A stretch of DNA of 64,000 nt from Bugula neritina (Eukaryota; Animalia; Bryozoa): assembly GCA_964035545.1 (NCBI GenBank), contig OZ037770.1:8810973-8874972 (forward strand). Reading direction: 5' to 3'. Positions 16,211-31,850 of the stretch are shown piece by piece. The notes below the pieces were generated by a model. It worked only from the letters and a program-made list of their open reading frames with translations. It made no database searches and was not told the DNA's origin. Both the position numbers and the translations under genes were made by a program. Numbering within the stretch: the first letter of the stretch is position 1; each line of letters starts with the position of its first letter.

Positions 16211-19200
16211 TTATTTACTTGTTTTGCTATAGCGCTCAGCTTGAGTCAAGCTACTCAAATTGGAATTGACAATTCTCTGCAAAGCATGCACATAGGCTTT
16301 ATAGTTGACATCAAATCTGTGAAGCTTCCCTGAGGGAACTTCAGACACGCATTGTCTAGACTCAACGTCATCAGCAATTCCTCTTCGTCCTTTGTTGGTA
16401 GCCTCACTTTCACACCGCCGGCTATCTTTGAGGTTTGGTAGACTCCGCACACCACTATCCCGCCTTTGTGATCGGGACTTGTGTCTATAGGAAGAACTGG
16501 GTTTTCTTTCGTCGACCACCGGTGTGTCTATGCAGTGTTGGATAAACTTTTTAGCTTTTTCTACATCTGATTGGCGCTTTCTTTCTTCGTGTTTAGATAC
16601 TTTTCGTGAAGTCCTTTTGGCCTGATATTTCTGCTGAGTATCACTTTCATCGCTGCTATTATCAGATCCATTTGGAAGATAAGGTTCAACCAATTGAGGC
16701 AAGTCATGTAAAGTAAAGGATTCTATACCATCATGTGTTTTTACTTTCTTTCTTTGCTTCTGCTTCGTTGGACTTATTGTCGTGTTATAGTTTGCATTTT
16801 CCTCTTCTACAGCATCTAGTTTCTCAAACTTTTCCAAAGATCTTCTCAACCTATTTTCGTCAGGCTTCTTAATTTGTTTTAGTTTGGCTTTCGCTAGATG
16901 TTTTATTTTTGCTAATTTTGCATCACTGATTTGAGGAGCTGGTTGCACTTGTGCATCTTTCATAACAGAGCTTTCATTATCTAATTTAGTTTTGGATACA
17001 GGTAAAGGAAGCCTACTAGTGGTTTTCTCACCACTCTCAAAGTCGTGCTCTTTGACAAATAGCGATCTTTCTTTAAAACTATTGCCATACTTTTTTCGAA
17101 CAACACTGTTATTGCATTGGTCACATCTGTTTCTTTCATTCCCATGTCTACATGTGCTTTTGATCTCAAAACTTATTGGAACGTTAGATTCTACTCCAGC
17201 ATCCGAATCACCGGCACTAGACTCGTCTTCTCTTGTTTGTATACTAAACGACACTTTCTTAGTTAATGTTCTTTCACTGGGTTTTGGTGGTGAGGTAACT
17301 GTTTTACTAGAATATGGCACTAGAGAACGGGTTGAGGATTTTATCCTTTCTAGCAAGGGGTCCGAGGAGGCTGATTCTTGCTTTAGGGATTCAGTTTGAG
17401 TATTGGAAGTTGCTTTTTTATTGCAGGTGATGAGTTTGGTACTCAGTCTATCAGCTTCGTTAGTTTGGGTGTAACTGTCTAGCATGAGAACATCAGGAAT
17501 GTCTATTCTCTTGTCTTTTTCAGCAGCATGTTCTTTAGTCTGAGCAGCTGAAGTGGATTTACTCACTTTTTTTGGCCTTGCACTCAGTTCACGTTCCTGA
17601 TGAAGCTAAAAAATATTCCACAAACATGTACATTGCTGAAGCATAGCAGTTGTTGAAATATATCACTACTAGAAATATATTAGTTGAAAATCTCTTCAAA
17701 TTATAATAAATATTATAAGTTTAAATATTCAATCTTGACCAGGAAAGAGGATACAAAAGTGATATACAATTGTATGCATGTATAAGAGATAAAGGGAGCT
17801 GATAATTGCACTCACATTATAATATACAAAACGCAATTAAATGCCACCCAGACTCTATTTACTAGCACTTAACAATTTATATTGAGCACAAATGCAATTT
17901 ACTTTAATATTAGTATTTGAAAAGGTTATATAAAACACATTTGCAAATATTTATAAAAATGAGGTTGTTACTTAAAGCATCTCACAGTATTTAGCACTTC
18001 TTTAACATCAGGTTACCTGTTGGGGTTTTTCCAAGTCTGATGTAAGTTTGGGAGCTGTACTTTGTACTTCTTCATTGGGAGAGTTCCTTTTTTTGTCATA
18101 TTCTAATTGAAGCTTATGATTTTGTTGCCATGGTGAAGAAGCAACAGGCTGACTTTCCGCCACATTTGACTCCCTATAAATGTAATCAAAATAGTGATTA
18201 TATAATATGTACACTAGATTATACAATACTTATAAGAATTATCATGACTATATTATGCATTTTAAAAACAATAAAGCAGCATTGTGCTTATAGTCTAGAT
18301 TATACATCACAATTTGCAAATGAAGTGGTTTCGTTTATGCAATAATAAAAAATGTTGTTAATTAAATATGATTTTGATTACATATATTATTGTAACTGCA
18401 ATAAAATGCTTTTTTTTAAGGAAAAAGTTTGAGAGATTAATAAGCCATTTATGACAGCAATACAGTATTTTGGTCCTTAGTAAGAACCATTTATATATGA
18501 TGTTAGAAAGGGCATGCAGTTATAATGGTTCTTTCGGCACAATATAAAACAAGTTCTTGGTTCACTTAAAATAAACCCTTTTCATCAGAGGTTCTCACAG
18601 GGATGGCAACTATATATATACCTATGTGAGTGTTTATGATAGCTGCACAGCCCCATATTTTTCAGAGCCTTACAACACTAAGCATGGTGGTAGTGCAGCA
18701 AACTATGTGCACACCAACTTCATACTGTTGCTTAAACCTATTACATTTTTGATATAATGCAAACAGCTCGATGGACTTCCAATATGTGTGAACATTACCA
18801 CCATGCCGATGCAGATAGATTAGCCAGTACACAGAATAAAGCACATGCTTAAACAGTTGACCAATCAGAAGGAATATTCAAAAACGGAAAGTGATCTAAC
18901 TTACCAAATGCTATAAAACATGCTTCACCATAATATTTTGTTACAGAGAGCTAATTTATAAAATCTTTATGAGATATAGTAAGACATGAAAGTCGCTAAA
19001 TGTCCCTATAGCTCACTACTCAGTTCCTTTATTAATACGAACCCTATAATGTTGCATAAAGTATCAAGTAGCACAAAACTACTAATATACACTTTAAGAA
19101 TAGTTAAAATTGCATACTATATTCTTCAGTTTTATTTGCAGTAGTTATACAGCTTCTATATCTCTATAACTACATATTTCGTACTTATCTAATTATTATA

Positions 19201-19312
19201 ACATCCAACTAAACAGACTGGCGATATGTCAAAGCATAGAACTTTATTTGTGCAACATAGGACTTTTTGTCCAACATTTGGTTATTAAACTTGCTAATAA
19301 ATATCATCACTG

Positions 19313-19375
<63 letters not shown>

Positions 19376-22300
19376 CATATACATATATGACAATGCAACT
19401 TGTTTGCAAAACCATTAAATGCTTACAGTTTCAAATGGGTTGTTAATATGTGATTGAGATTTCAGCATTAATGCAGTGTTGAATTCATTCTCTATAAAAA
19501 TTAATTTTGAAATATTATTTTAAATCATCATTTTACTGATGAAATATGTTACTAGCCATTGTCAGATACACTAGCATCTATTTTCTAAAAGCAAAAATTT
19601 ATCTACGTACAATAGTAGGGATACAATAAGCATGCATGCTATATGGCACGAGAGAAGGCCATCAACCAATGAAAGTACTAAGAACATCTACCCAAGTGTG
19701 CTGCAGAATGATTGAAATACTATAAACTATTGCATAACATAAACAGTTGAGTTGAACAAGCTGTCAGGTATTAAGGTACAACACTAAAATCAATGATGCA
19801 TATAGTTCTACACTAACTCCCACTAGTGCCCAATAAATATCTAAAGAAAATTTACCTTTTTCTAATGTCCCAATAGCTGTAAAAAGATAGTGAGTTAAAA
19901 CACGTGAAGCTTCTACAGTGTGAATGAAATATTATAGAACAGAAATAGTGGTTAAAAGTTGTGGCTCCAATGGGTTTCACAAACAATTAAACTAAATAAA
20001 TATATTAAATATAACAATGGTTAGCAATTTGACTTTTATGACTATTTTAATTAAACTGAAATGTTGAGCTTGATAGCATTTTAAATGAAATGAGGATAAA
20101 AACAACCAGCTTATGAAAAATGTGATATAAACTGAGAATTCTTATGTTATTTGCTAATTTAAATAGCTCTGAATTTTATGATAAGTATTGAATAAAAATT
20201 TTCTTCAAAAATTAAGAAAATAACTCTTGACTTTAAGCTGAATTCCAAATTAATTTTAGTTATGATAGGTCAACAAAAGTGATGGTTTACTCAAGTATAA
20301 AAATATTTTGCTAATATATTATCTTTATATTAAATCACTTGAGCTTGTCCTGAACATAATTGGAAACATTTTATTGAACTAGTCTTATTGAACTAGTTCA
20401 TAATAATAATATATATATCAATAATTTTTCGCCCCTCAACTTTTTAAGGCTTTACTCAAGTAATAACAATACATATTATTACAATATTGATACCTTAATA
20501 ATTAATTATTTGACTTTTTCTGCTTTGTAAAATTTACAAGAATTCGAAGAATTCCTTCTAGACACCTCAATTAATTATGTAGCTAGCATATTATTATAAT
20601 ATACAATAGCTCACCATAAGTTATTGAAAACACAACTACACTAGGGAAAAAAGTAGTTATAAGCCTGCAGGTTGCTTATAGCTACTCTTTCAATAATACA
20701 ATAAAAACTATTAGCTACGGCTGCTGTATACAACATAGCCGGCATGCTGTATGCAGTTATATGGCATGCTATAGTGATATAGTCTGCTATATATAAGTTA
20801 TACTGTAGCTATACTGTGTATTAGTAGTTTCTTAATGCATACCCATTTTCTTTGCACCATTTTGAGAACGCCTCTTTGTTTACTTTGGAGTTACCTTCTT
20901 TAAACTTATTAGCACCAATATTGACCAAAGCCTGAAATTTCTTCTGCAAGTCGGAGGAGTTTAAAGGAGGATAACTTTCTTTTATATCTCCATTTCCTGT
21001 TTTAAATGTTCCATATTGATATATGCATGTTCATGCATTCTGCTCACTACTAAATATATTACATGCATGAAAACTGACTGGGCATCATGCAATGTAATTA
21101 AAGCAAAATATATTCAAGATAGCAGTATATTCAAGATACATGTATAGCAATATATTCAAGATACATGTAGCATAACCACAGTTGCTAGATATTACTCATA
21201 TGCTACAAACAATCCTATATCTTGTAAGCAAGCCAGTGTGCTAACCATTACACTGTAGGAGCTATTAAGAATCTGAATACCGCATATACATATATCTATA
21301 ATCTTGTAAACTTTTGTTTGCTGACTTATATATATTATATCTTGCATATCATAAACATCCTATCCTATCACCTATCCCTTGGTCGAAACAACCGTTGGGG
21401 CACCACTGTTGATCTTTGCAACCAGCTATCATAAACATAGCAACCGTAAACTCTACTTCTGTTTCATCAACGTTTACTAATATTTATCTAAATAAATGTA
21501 AAAGTGTTATTTTATTGACATATTTAAAGATATTTTACTTGTAAACCTTAACAAAAGGCAGAAATATTCTAGTTTGTGTGTTGAGTTTTTTATTCAGTAA
21601 GAATAGAAGTGATAAAACTTTTGATCTGTAATGTGCTGTTGGACTACTATTTAGCAAGAATACGAAATTGGTAAATGTTGAACCAGAGGAATGTATCAAA
21701 GGGGAGAAGAGGGGAAGTTACTTTGGTATCGAAAGTTTAACAGGCAGCATGTTGCATTATTTCAAGCCAGAAGTGATGCCATTGAAGAGGATACACAGTA
21801 GCATCATGCAATAATATTCTATAAACAATGTACTGTCAGGAGTGGACAACTTACTGCTGCCATCATTTGATTGAATTCTCTTCTTGAGCAGCTTAGTTTC
21901 TAGCCCATACTTGGAGATTGTTTCTGTATACATTCCTGTGTCATCATCACTCTCATACTCAGGATGTGATGTCACTTCCTTTACCGACTTCTTTTCAGGT
22001 TTGTCCCGACCTTTGTGCTTCTTTTTGCTTTCTACAGAGAAATGATTCTTACTGAAATGACCAAAATTATTTTGCTATAAAACCGCATTATGCAACCCTA
22101 TTGGTTGAATAATTACATATTTAATATAACATTTACTGTAGTGCCTATATGTTTGGTAGCTGATATACACATTAATTTTTATTAAAACATGTTTGCAATG
22201 TTGTAACACTTTTTATATAACTTTATATTAAACTTGTGACCAGTACCAGCATGTGTAGCCTTTCATTATCTTAATTATATACATTGAAGAAATAACTTGT

Positions 22301-25300
22301 TTAGATGTATATATATGAGATATAAACTAACTATTCTTCATAATAATAATAATATATATCATGTAATTTAAATATATATCTTTACCAGCTAGCAATTTGA
22401 TTATAAAAAGGTATACGAGAAACATTGTTGATTTATTACTACTCTGAAGATGAGTACAGTGGTACCCGAAATATCAGTAGAATTACTTTACCTAATAAAG
22501 TAATAAATCAACAATGTTTCTCGTATACCTATTTATAATATTATGTAATATAATACAATATTCTAGAATAGAAATGTAAGTAATAGAGTGCAAACAATTA
22601 TAATTGATGTTATTGTTGCACTACATTGTATATTGTAGAGTACTATATATACATATTAGCAATTGAATACTGTTAATATATTATAAACTCTTGGACAAGT
22701 TCAGCGTTAATCTATATTATTGTATTAACACTAGACTGGGTAAACTGGGTCAGTCTCAAGATCCTTAACAACTCACCAAGTTTTCACTGAATTAAGGCCT
22801 GTGATTAATGATATTAGCATGTTAGGCGGTTATTCAACAACGACTACAAATACTGTACGTCAAGATTAATAATCTCAACTTTGGCGTTAGCTAGTGATAC
22901 TATCAAGCAGAAATTTCTATTTGCCAGATTTATTTTAAATACAAGTTTTCCAGTAATATTAAAAATGTTTACTTATGCAAAGGAAATTAGCATAATACCA
23001 TTCATGATCACAACTAGAAGAAAAAAACACTATTCGTTGATTTTTATAATGCTTGGTAATTAATTATATGCTAGTATTAAATAAATGTTATAAGACATAG
23101 CTTAACCTTAATTATGAAGTTTGTAACTATAACTGCTAAAGAAATTTGTTTTAAAGAATTTTGCACAGAAACTCCAATTGTTGAAATTAGAGAATACAAT
23201 TTTTGATTGCTAAAGTTTTCAATGGCTTGGAACTTCAATAAACATATAGCACTAATTATTAGGAAATAAATTATTATGATCTTTTACATGTTATCACACC
23301 AGAGTATCATTTTCACATGTTACTCTTTCACTTACAAGTGTGTTTGCAAGGTTTAGCGTAGATCCACATGGTGTGTATTCTAGCAGACGAAAATTTGCAC
23401 CACAATTAGAAAAAGGTGTCCACTGTACGAAGCAGTAATCTAGTCAGTGACATTGAAAAACTACTATATAGCTAATAATATTTACATTTAGCTTTATTGC
23501 TCGCCTTGTTTCTATGGCTACATGTGAGGAATAAATTAACTGTTGATTTTTAAACCCCACTCGATTTTAAATGAATGCAAACTAGTGGAATACAACACCA
23601 ATTTAAAAAAACTAGCTTGTTAATTCACTACCAGCCAATTAGGTGATGAGGACAAAAAACCTTCACTCTTGGCATTAGTGTACAAAGGACACCTTTTTCG
23701 ATTTGTAGTGCAATTTTTTTTCAGTGAAAACACACGCAATATGGCCTTACGCTTAAGGAACTTACTGTTTGAGATTAGGTTATTGTGGGGAGTGGGACTA
23801 GGGATAGGCACTATATCCGGTACTTCAACTACACTGTACTTCCCGTTCACAGCACCAATAGTCTGAAGAAAAGCCTGCACAGTGTTTTCCTTGTTGACTG
23901 CATGTCTTTTAGTCTCTGTGTGGTTTACTACATTCTCCAGCAAGAGTGGGAGAACCTACAAGATATAAGTGATGTGTGAGATTATAAAGTGTTTATTATA
24001 GTAACATATGTAACAGATCTTAATTGAGTGTAAATTCATTAATTTAGCTCAATTTGCTGAAAATTTTTAACATAATTTTTATATATTATATTATTAGAAG
24101 CTTATTCAATATCTTTTTCTATACTTTAACCTGTTTTCTAGCACTTGACCCATAAACTTTTACAATTCTCAATATGTAAACGTTGCACTACAGTCAGCTT
24201 CTTCCCATGCTAGGTGCTATCCTAATGTATACCTTATCATCAGCGCATTCACTTTGCTATAGGTAAAATTACATAAGTATGGGTTACACAGTTTGAGCAT
24301 CATTTTATTACATTAGGCTAACAGCTCTGCATGCTGTAACTTCATAGAAAGAGAAAGAAAAAGGAAAGGAGGGGGCAATGTAAAGCAATTGCTTTAGCAT
24401 TGCCTTAATGAAAAACTAAATATATGCTAAATAATTCAGGTATATATTTGGGATATAGAGTGGTAATTGATATTTTTATATAAATAATCATTTTGATTGG
24501 CTACTGGCATTATTAAAACATGTTCTTATATGTAGACCTTACAATAGTTATACTTATAGCAAATTTAGCAAGTTATATATGCTAAAACCCAGCCCACTCC
24601 TAACACAGAAAAAATGCTACCTACGAGCAAAGATGAAGTCTTTGCTTTGATCATAATGTATGAAGATAAAAGCAAATCATTAGTTATTAGCCAAATTTAG
24701 TTTTTGAACATGTGTTTTTCAAAGGGAATAAATTTGCATTTCTATATAATTGTTTATATATTACTTAACATCAACAAAACAAAAATATTTATGAATATAG
24801 TATATACCAAAACTAATATAATCGTAAACATATATTGCTTATAGGCTATATACTTTATAGATTCTGACAAGCTACTACTAATTCTAAAAAGATATACCTA
24901 TAGCTTCTCTGTTTGTCACTGTAAAACTTTGAATTCACAATTGGAGTGATAAAATTACCTTACTGGATAAAATTTAAAGTTAACTATTAATTAATGCTAT
25001 ACTATCAATTATTACAATATAAACTTCAGAAAAAGCAGCTCTGGTTTTATAAATATTTCGTTTTCATATAAGTTAAAATTAGTTGATCATAAAAGTTTTA
25101 CTATAGTATATTATACTATGTGTCATATTGAATGTTTTGTTCTTCCTTACTACACTTTTAGTAAACTATATGCTGGCTATACACATAATATATCAACTCA
25201 TAATAGTTCTGGGTATCCTATAAGCTTTTATATAATAATACTGCACAAAAATGCCAGCACTAGTAAATATCATCAGCCCTGAAAAGTCGCAAGTTATTCC

Positions 25301-26411
25301 TACAGAACGTATTCATAAGAAAGCAGATTCCTGAATCGATAATACAGCTTCTATAAGTTCTAATTTTAAAAGGAAATTTACAGCAATTAACTTTTTCTTC
25401 ATTCAATATAATGAAATATTGCAACATGCTACAAAGTGTAGTGTTATTCTACTGCAGTGTTTTAAATCTAGTACAAGTTATAATATTATAAAGGTTTTAT
25501 AAATTTGGATCTTTTCAGTTGAAAATCTGTGGTTATGCTAAATAATCAAAATAGGTTGTCATGTGAAATTATGTAAGATTGTCACATGACAATTAGCAAG
25601 AATTAGAATTTTGCCCAAAGCATAAAATCAACTATGAAAATGGGAGTACCCTAGCTGAAATATATAATATAGAAAAAGTAAATATATGTACTTTTGCTTA
25701 CTTTTTAACAATCTTTTAGGATAGAAAAGTTTTTTACTTTTGCTTTTGAGCAATTATAACTGCATGTAATAAACCCAGACTCATATGCAATAAATGTTTA
25801 TATGTAGATTAATATATATTATACTTATGTTATAGGTTTAAAATTACTTTTGATTGACATGTGTGCTAGGTATATAACAGTATCAGGTAATTTTGAATGT
25901 GCCTAAACTGTTGTACATTTTTTATTGTTTGTCAAACTCATTAACAAAATCAAGTGTCAGCAACTAATAAATCATGATAACAGTTAAAAACTTCGAGTTT
26001 TGCTTCTGAAGATTGCTGCTAATTTTGAAAAATGATTCAGTCTACTAAAGAAAAACTTGCTGCATCTATTAAAAAAATTAGGCATATCCTAAAGAAAGCA
26101 TCTAAATCAAACGTATTACATATTTTACTATATCACAGGAGTCAATTACATATACATACCTTGTCACCAAGGGCAGATTCTGCAGAAGCTGATCTTTTCA
26201 CTGCAGATTTCACTTTTTTCTTCCGTAATGTACTTTTGTTTTTTGGGTGACTGACTGATGGTGATACGTTTTTAGTAGGAGGCTTTTTATTGGCTGCAGT
26301 TGTAGTTTTCTTTCTTCTTATTGGTTGAGTTGATTCGGAAGAACTGCTGGAACTGCTAGATGCAGTAGAAGAGGAAGTGGCACTGCCACGCCCACTGCTT
26401 GAGCGTACCAT
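16211..26411 (-). CDS. Uncharacterised Ser/Lys/Arg-rich, likely disordered protein (~774 aa); exons 26160-26411, 23766-23955, 21855-22031, 20843-20996, 18017-18173, 16211-17605
   Basis: Six GT-AG exons in consistent phase (2325 nt), ending in a 1395-nt terminal exon. Basic NLS-like runs (IRRKK, LRKKKVK). No recognised domain. Confidence 0.75.
21359..21426 (-). mobile_element. 68-bp 5'-truncated non-LTR retrotransposon 3' end (RTE-like)
   Basis: 12-bp TSD TATCATAAACAT (21347-58, 21427-38). Minus strand reads ..CAACAGTGGTGCCCCAACGG..GGGATAGGTGATAGGATAGG, with a short-repeat tail of the kind RTE-clade 3' ends have. Confidence 0.7.
22402..22537. repeat. Small hairpin/MITE-like inverted repeat
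   Basis: Perfect 32-bp arms AGGTATACGAGAAACATTGTTGATTTATTACT (22409-22440) and its reverse complement (22499-22530), with a 58-bp spacer. Confidence 0.85.
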
Positions 26412-29292
26412 GCTGTCTTATTCTTTTATCTTACAGCTCACATGTCCAATCTATAAAGAGTTTATTATAATATTGCATAAATCAGATAGAAAAGTCATTC
26501 GATGCTAAAAATAGTTAAAACTATCAGATGCCAAAATCAAACTCTAAATTATAGATTGCATGTTGGACATTTATTTATTAATTTATTGAAAAATTTTTGA
26601 ACTTATTTTGTAGTCACTAACTTTGTAATTCTATAGATTTTGAAGACATGTGTTAGATAAATTAGCATACATGACTCAAGACATCAGAAATGATCCTAGC
26701 TGTCTCAATAAAAGGCAAAAACGTACATTCAATAAAAAATGATTTTCTTTTAGTAATTCAAGCATATATACTGTTCTATGATCACAAAACTCAATTTTAT
26801 AAATTTTACAAAGTAAGACAAGTGTACATAGAAATGTAGATTTAGTTAGATTCATATCCTGTCACTTCAAGTGTATTAGGTATATTTTGCATAAATTTAC
26901 ATGTTATGCAAGAACAGAGTGTAAATTTGTTGCATAAATGACGTCGTGTTATACAGGAAAATTTGGCTACAGAAATAGTAAAAAACAACAGATTAATAAT
27001 TAGCACATAATTATGTCTTGAATTACTGCAATATGTACATGTATGTTGGTTAATTCTTTTGAATTATAGTTACTATAGTTTTAATGGAAATGATTGAGAA
27101 TAAATAATATTATATTTTTCAGCATTACATGAGCTATACTTTATTGACACTATATTTGCCTTATGCTTTGACAAAACCTAGTGCATGTTTTAAGTGTCAA
27201 TTCAAGAGGATAATTTGAATGCTTTCCTTGGCACAATGGAACGGGTAAGAAGAAGAAAGTTGTTTGGAGTTGGAAAGAGATAAGCTAGTTTAGCTCACGT
27301 TTCATTGGACAACACAAGGAATGAACTACCAAATTGCAAGTTGAAATGGTGCAGCAAAGAAATAACCCAGTATTATTATATATATAGCATCAATAATAAC
27401 AGCTAAAATTACTCTATAATACGTAAACTGGTATATGTATTTTGGTTAAAATTTTTAAGATAACTTAGATTGAGCCAAAAGCCTAGTTGACACAGTTGAG
27501 TTCCATTTTAGCAGTTATAGAGTATATAATTTTAAAGCAGTTTATTGACCCTAATAGTAGCCGTTGCCCTGTTCTATATAAGATAGGTTGCATAGACTTT
27601 GAATATCACCTGTTCTTAATGTTAAAAACAAATAATCAATATGGTATGTTAGACTTGGTCAGCTGATATTGAGCTACTAAGCATACTACATTATATACTC
27701 GTAATATTCACAGTGTGAACTTCTTAGCCTACTATTTATAGTTTTACTAGTGCTACGTATCAATATGGCTTCCTGTATATTTCAAGCTGAACTATAAATA
27801 CATACTAGAAATTAGGCAATAACATGCAGAATAAAGCTAGATTTTTAAGCTGGTTAGTCATGCATGGCTGTTTATAATAATAGCACCCTTTTTATTAATT
27901 TTTAAGGTATTGAAAAGCATGAGGAAAAGATTTAAATGAGTTTCACTAGTAAAGTGTCTGCAAAAATATTTAGACGGGAATTATGAAAGCAGTTACTAGA
28001 CCTTACTTCAGTTTGCATTTTGAGAAAAACGTGTACACAATATGAATTTTACTTTTGATATCATTAACAAATGTATAGGTTTTAATTTCACAGCATATGG
28101 GAATTTACAAAATGCTAGTCCAACAGAAGTAATCATATTTACCTTTTCGACATTGATTACTTATAGTTGAACATAGAAATTCAAAACTTGAAAACTCAAA
28201 GCTTAGATAAAGCACCTGCTTATGTGAGTCAGCTGTGAAGTGACAAGGAACTTAGAGTGGCTTCCTTTACAAACTAGAGTCCCACTGGGTACTAGCAATA
28301 CACCTTCCTCTATATATTACAAACTACAACCACACTGAGTATTGGGAACACGTACACTCAATGATTGCAGATTTTACATGCAAGTGCTTTCAATATGCAT
28401 TATAAAGGGATGCATCGATTTCTGATACAAAACAAAGAATAGATTTACAGACGTTGTTGTTACCTAATCATACTGATATAATGGGAATTCTCAAATCTTT
28501 TGTTGCAATCAATATTTATGCAAAGCTACATTTGCATTGAGTGAAATGTCAATATCTACATACCATACTGTAGAGTGACAGTAGAAACAGCTGTCACACT
28601 TATACATTGTTCATATGAATTTCAAGTTAATGTTGCATAAGTGCTTATAGATTTGTCCAGCTTGTCAAAATATTTAATTGATAACGAAACTTAAAAACTC
28701 ACTCATATTCAAAGTGCATAGAATAGCATTAAAATAATATATGTAAATAATTAAAACTAGGTGAGTAATATTGGATTTTATGTGTAGTAATATTATATGA
28801 TGTAATACACTATATGCTACTGAGTACAGACCAGTAAAATATAATATACAATACATAAAACTTACTCAGTTAGCTATAATAGTACCTCTGAGAACAAGGG
28901 AGTTGTTTAGCAGGCTAAGAAAATTTTTTGTCTATTGTGGCAAATAAGCAATTATGACTAGATGCTCTTCCTAACATTAACGATTGGAGCACTTAACCTT
29001 GTGTTTACTAATAATTCTAGTGCTCTAACCTCTAGACCCCAACTGCTCCAAGTACCATAATTAATAGTTCTGGTTATAGTTGAATAAATACAAAATAATA
29101 TTTATAATACCACATTAAACTATTAAACTACACCCAACCATATATGCACACATGTATCTAGATACAATATATATTATATATATTGTATAAATAAATTAGT
29201 GGCTAATTTATCTGACGAGTGCACATCGTTCTTGTGTACGAAACTACTATAGTAATAAATGCCATTATATTAATCAAATCTCATTTTACTTC

Positions 29293-29343
<51 letters not shown>

Positions 29344-31850
29344 AAAAAACTAAGTTTGTAACTATTATAGTGTTTACAGATTCGGTAGAAGAACACTACC
29401 CTACGAAATAGATATGATAGTTAGTCACTTTAACCTGAAAACTAATTTCAAGGTAAAAATATTTTTTTGTGATTAAGAAGACAACTCTAACAATATAGCG
29501 AAATAAAAACTTAATATTAAAATAATTCAGTGTGAAGTAAGGCCCCTTTTTGATGAATGGATTTATATATTGATATATTGTAGAAGATTGCTGGATTCCC
29601 ATATAAGCTACATCATATAGCTATCTCATGGCTATTATATCATAGCTAAAGTACAGCTATTATATCATAGCTAAGGTACAGCTATGATATGTTAGCTATA
29701 TCACCTAGTTATATCATAGCTATTATTAATATATAGCTACAATAGCTGTTCAGCAACACCATAGTATAAGTATTCAATCAAAAGGCATAATGCGGTATAC
29801 TTTTATTCAATGCATAAATGTGAATGTACCACTACGTTGCTTGAGAGGTTGATGCTTTCTATTCTTGTGTCGAATTTCTCTAAAGTTGATTAAAACATAA
29901 TTTGGTGCAACTCCCATCTTGCTTCCCCGGTGTCATTCCAGATAGACGCCCCGCAGTTCTCCAACCCCAAATATTTCAGAGGTTATTATAGTTGAAACGC
30001 TGCAGTTAGACACCACAAATATTGTTATCAAATATATGGGCAGTTGATATTTAAATATAATATTTGACTACTTTAAATGCTTGATTTATTATTCGCAACA
30101 AGAAATGTTATTAATCATAAAAAACTATTTATTTTAGGAGTTATTAGTTTAGAAATTTTTTGTCATTTAAGTAGCCTAACTAAATCATGAATACCAAGTA
30201 CTTGCTTATTAGCAATTAACAGCATTACATGTAAATGTAAAGAATGCAAAGTGTTTGCTTTCCTGTTTCCTTTCCTGTCTGCTTTCCTGATTAATAATTA
30301 TCAATAATTTCTTTTAATTCCTATTACTTTTAAATAAAATAGTTTAAATTGAAGCCGGCCAGTTGAAGGGCGTCTAAGTCGTCTTGAATTGTCTACCTGA
30401 AATTAAACAGTTTTCCAGCAGCAGTATTATTCTCTAAAACACATAAAAACCAATAAAAATAAAAAACATTCATTGTTGAAATATTGCATCAACTTGCTAT
30501 ATTATGTATAATACAGAACTTTCTTAATTAGTTACAATGACTTGATATGCTGTGCTTCATATCTAAAATTTTCTCCTTGCTAATTCAGCTTTTTGTATAT
30601 CTATAATGCTTTTGTTCTAGTTACCTTCTAGTATTTGCTGTGATGCATAGATGACTATATTTTTCTAGAAATTCATATATTATAAGCAAGGGAACATTTC
30701 ATTTTTGTCGAAATAATTTGCAGTAGTTGGCAGTGATTATTCATTCATTGATTCATTTTGAAATCAAAGGTTCAAGAACAATACACACTTATTCTATGAA
30801 GATTTCAAGAGTTATAAAGAACGTAGCAAAGTATTTACACCATATTATAGTGACATTCAAACCTACACTGGTGAGTCATATAAAGCACCTATTAACAAGA
30901 CACACCACATGGCACATCTTTTAGTGTGTCTTTAAATGTTGCATATGGGTACCAAGACAGGACTTTTATATATGTTAATAGTGTATAATGCATTATAATT
31001 GTCAACAGCTCTAACCACCCAGCAAAAACTAAGTTGAATATGGTGATCAGTTGCATACGAAGCATAACATTATGCTTCATATTGTTGTATTATAACACGA
31101 ATCCAACAATACATAATACATGATGAAGAAAAACAAACAGGAAAAACAACACTTGAAAAACTGATATTACTAATGAAGCAAGATTTAAAAATATTAAGTG
31201 TAGTTTAAAAATATCTTTAAAAAAATTTAATATTTTATGAAATCTGACTTCTGTAAAAAATGTCAATAGTTTCTAAATTAATTAACATAATAATGCGCAA
31301 GACTCTGTTATGCTAATTTTTATTCTATCCTGTCCTATTTACAGGTCACCAATTTATCTACTCCAAGAATTGTCATGGGACACCAACTTGTTGCTGGTAG
31401 AAAATCTGTATAACTTTCATAAAACAAGTTCTATAAATTGACTGCCAGTGAAAAGCTAGGTATTTAAAAGTGTAGATTCGATCTTCAGGAATGTTTATAT
31501 ATATGCATAGATATATACATATTTATATTATATATATTTCACTTGCAGCTATAACCAAAAAATACCATCTTTACCAAAGTAATAGCAGATGAAACTCATT
31601 ACCTGTTCAAAGTATAAAATGATTTTTCAAATATCACAATAATTGATATACAGTATTTGCTGCAATTTCATGTCTATGGCAAAATTCATTTGCAAAATGA
31701 TGGATATGTTTTTAAAAACACATGACTCGATGTATAGCACTAACAAGGTATGCGAAGTAAAAGAGTTGTGCCAAGTGTTATCACTTAACTGACACCCATT
31801 GGCTTCCTTCATACACATACTTGCCATGTGCAATCATTCCATCCTGAGCC

